In this document: positions 60,901-64,000 of the stretch, piece after piece | How positions within the stretch are numbered: position 1 is the first letter of the stretch | Layout of the letters: each line of letters starts with the position of its first letter | NCBI GenBank assembly: GCA_030704615.1 | Contig: CM060734.1 | Coordinates: forward strand, 42,904,001-42,968,000 | Reading direction: 5' to 3' | Length of the DNA: 64,000 nt | DNA from: Takakia lepidozioides | Lineage: Eukaryota; Plantae; Bryophyta | Translations under genes and position numbers: made by a program | Notes under the pieces: model-generated | Told to the model about the DNA's origin: nothing | Databases searched by the model: none | Seen by the model: only the letters and a program-made list of their open reading frames with translations

Positions 60901-63900
60901 CCAACACACCTACCACAAATCGTGTCACAACCTATCACGCTTACCACAGTGCAACACAGCCTATCACAGTGTACCACAGTATGACATAGTCTGTTACAGC
61001 TCAACACAGCTACTGGGGTTACACAGTCCATAGGATTCCGTGACAGGTGGACGGGGTTAACATCCGGACAGAGGCCGGCGGAAAAGTGGACGGAGGCATG
61101 TTTAGAAATGGACACGTGGACACCAGGGCGAGACACACAGGCAGACTTGGATTGCAAAGGCGAGTGTCATCAAGGAAGAAGACAAAATTGGCCGTCAGAG
61201 TACCTACCCGGCACATTAACTTATTATGGGCCCATTAATGCATACAGGGAAAGGGTAACGGAACCCTTTAAAATACCGAAAAAGCGAATCCATGTCACAT
61301 GTGCTATCCTAGTGGACAGTCTAGAGTGGAAAATCCATGGAGGAAATTAAATCTAAAATCCAGTCACAAAGTTACAGCCAATCATAAAGCCAGAAGCAGG
61401 ATCCGAAATTGGAGGGATTTTAAGCGCAAGAGTCGGCGTCGTTCCAAGTAACGGGCGTCTCGACGGGACAGACCATCAATGCTATAGCTTTGAAGCTATG
61501 GAGGAACTAACAGACTATACGCTCGCGATACTACTTACGCAGTGGCACGGGAATAGAAGAATAGAGAATACCTTTTCTCTTAATCGATGCTTGCAAGCCC
61601 CGCAGGCTACAAAAAATCCCATAGCATTTGTGGCAACCATACGTTTATGCTTTGTGCCCTGCAGGCATTTCTTCAATTGTTACAGCCAAAACTTTCTGTG
61701 GTCTAGAATGAAGAGAGTGAGAGGAATGGAAGAATCAGGGGTGAAGAGCACCACAATCCTGCAGAAACAAACGATTGCTTGCTACTCCAACAGGCGGTAC
61801 AGTTACTGAAGGAGCTGCGATTAGAAGGATTGCAAAGCAAAGATTGGACATTGCACCATAGCAGTACATGTTACAATTCATTGCAGAACTTTGAGCCTAG
61901 GACAAGAGCAACAACGGTGAAGGGAGTTGAATTAGAAGTTACTCCCTATACCTACAGCAATTGTTTTTAATTGCATCAGGTCAGGTGCATGTGGAGGAGC
62001 ACAGGGCAAGACTGCAAATAGGGACTTATTCCAAGAAGGGAGTTTCTTTAAAACTCAGGGTTATGCTTGTACCAAGACCGTGTACCCAGGCCGTGTACCC
62101 AGGGCTAAGGGAGGTAGACCAGGTATTGAACGTTCTGTTTGCCATGAAACAGAACCAACAGTATTTGAGCAGATCCTTCGTAGAGGAAATACTCAAAGCC
62201 CTGAGAGGAGAAGAGGTAGCATGGGCGGACATAATGTACAACGCACTGGTAGAGGAGATGAAGAGATTACAAGGCACTGCCGCAAAGTCTCCTATCATAG
62301 TGTCTGGGCCAATCATTGCACAAATTATTCTAGACTCGTGCATACTTGATGCGAGAGAAAGGAAGGAGATGGGAGTGTTTGAGACAGCAACCACTGCCAT
62401 AGAAGAGCAAGGTTCTTCACAGGGTGAAGGGGGATTGGCAGAGCATCAACAGCCTAAGAGGCAAATGAAAGCAATCACATTAGAAGCAGAACCATTGGCT
62501 ACGAGACAGCTAGAGGAAGAAGTTATTCATACTCTTGTGCAAGAGGGGGCACAGCAGCACAGAGAGATGTGGGTACAAACAACGCAACCTGTGGAGAGAG
62601 AACAGGAGGTTACTTCAGTATCACAGCCATCACAGCCAGATGATCGGCTTGTCACAGAGTTACCACAAGTTGTCCATGCAGTTCCACCACAAATAATTGA
62701 TTTGGAGAAAGAAGGGTTAGATATCCCCACTACAGAACAGGTGGTGGCAGAAATTGAGAAGGGGGACCTTCTCAATGAAAATTCTGGTTTGGTTAGGGAA
62801 ACAGTGATTCCGGAGGTGTAGCGGTTGTCCAGGGGAAACCCTGCTGTTGTTGTAATACCCACACCTCTGACGGAGGTACCACAGGTAGAATGTCAAGACA
62901 CTGCAGCACCTGTAGCGGATGAGGTGGTTCAGGAAGAAAATCTGGTGCGGCAATGGCCTGAATGGTTCGTGAGGCATCACACTGTTGAGGATCAGGGAGA
63001 ACAACAGCAAACTCACCATGATGACCCTCAACAGGCCATGCTTATGAGTTCCATAACCAGGACACTTAATTTGTTGGGCACTTATGTCAAATCCTATGTT
63101 CCAACTACCCAATTGGCAGCTTTGAGGGAGGAACTCAGGAAAGAGTTTGAAGCTCGACTTGTCACTGAGTGTGCAAACAAGGTCAGAGGATACAACAGCT
63201 GCTTTGCAGTTGGCCAAGGAACATTTGATTGAAGCAGGCCTCGCGCAGGACCAGTTGCACGAAGCACATAAGCAACAGCTATACTAAATGCAGGTGAAGC
63301 ATGAGAACAAGTTGCAAGAAGTGAATGCACTACATACTGAGTTGCACACAGTGCATGACAGGATGACCATACAATGTGCTACACTCACAACTACACTTGA
63401 GCAAACTACATTAGAAGTTAACAGCCAAGCGGAAAGATGTATAAAGGCACAGGCAGATAATGTCGAGCATACAAAACTCATCTGTGGCACCTTATTGTAG
63501 ACATAGGCTATATCAAGCAATCAATCAAATTGCCCATGTGACAGGAAACACAGACCTGAACAGCAAGGTGACCAGTTATAATGTGAAGCCGGAAAGGCGA
63601 GAAACAGTCATGGACTTTGATGATTCTATGCCAGTAATCCAGTTGAGAATTGGAAGCACAGAACTAACTGATGTATTGATAGATGGAGGATTTGAAATGA
63701 ATATCATGACAGACCAATTAAGGCAAAAGCTTGGTCTAAGTAACATGAAACCAGCCCATTTACAGTAACAATGGCAGATCAAAAAAGTGTACAGCCATTG
63801 GGATTGATAAGAGGAGTTAAGATACAGATTCAAAAGATGATATTTATGATCACAGTAACTTTGTTGAAAATGGATGAAGTCATGGAAGCTTACTCCTTAT

Positions 63901-64000
63901 TGTTGGGACGTCCGTGGCTGAAACAGGCCAGGGTATTCCATGACTGGATTCCCAGTTACTAACTGTGCATGATGGGATGCACAAGATACAAATTACCACA
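54932..64000 (+). mobile_element. Third copy of the Ty3 family (from mid-gag through pol and part of the extra ORF), rearranged
   Basis: Collinear with 18480-26615. Tandem duplication of the RH-INT linker near 59040. Jumps back to the gag/protease region at ~63482 and runs off the window. Confidence 0.93.

Overview
Eukaryotic, intron-containing DNA from a plant, most likely a non-seed land plant (inferred from the Kelch-guanylate kinase gene, a Tcn1-like self-priming chromovirus and the non-chromovirus Ty3 family). Only about 1-3.6 kb is an ordinary host gene (guanylate kinase, minus strand, 3' exons not resolved). The rest is a nest of transposons: a PIF/Harbinger derivative, three copies of one Ty3/gypsy family (one full length, with TSD), two chromovirus fragments, a CACTA fragment and two Mutator-like (MULE) transposase genes. 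Best candidate for an undescribed system: removing the full-length Ty3 element (16124-29586, TSD TGCCT) restores a spliced minus-strand gene (31194->12134) encoding a ParB/Srx-like domain (VWDGNHR) fused to a bacterial-style beta-class N6A/N4C DNA methyltransferase. It lies head-to-head with a MULE DDE transposase that carries a GCM-type DNA-binding domain. Three separate palindrome families lie in or near these MULE elements. Their arms differ but they share the core CGGYRCCG, and one family has ATGCGG half-sites resembling the GCM binding site. All of these copies are decayed. All assignments were made by eye from motifs; no database search was run.
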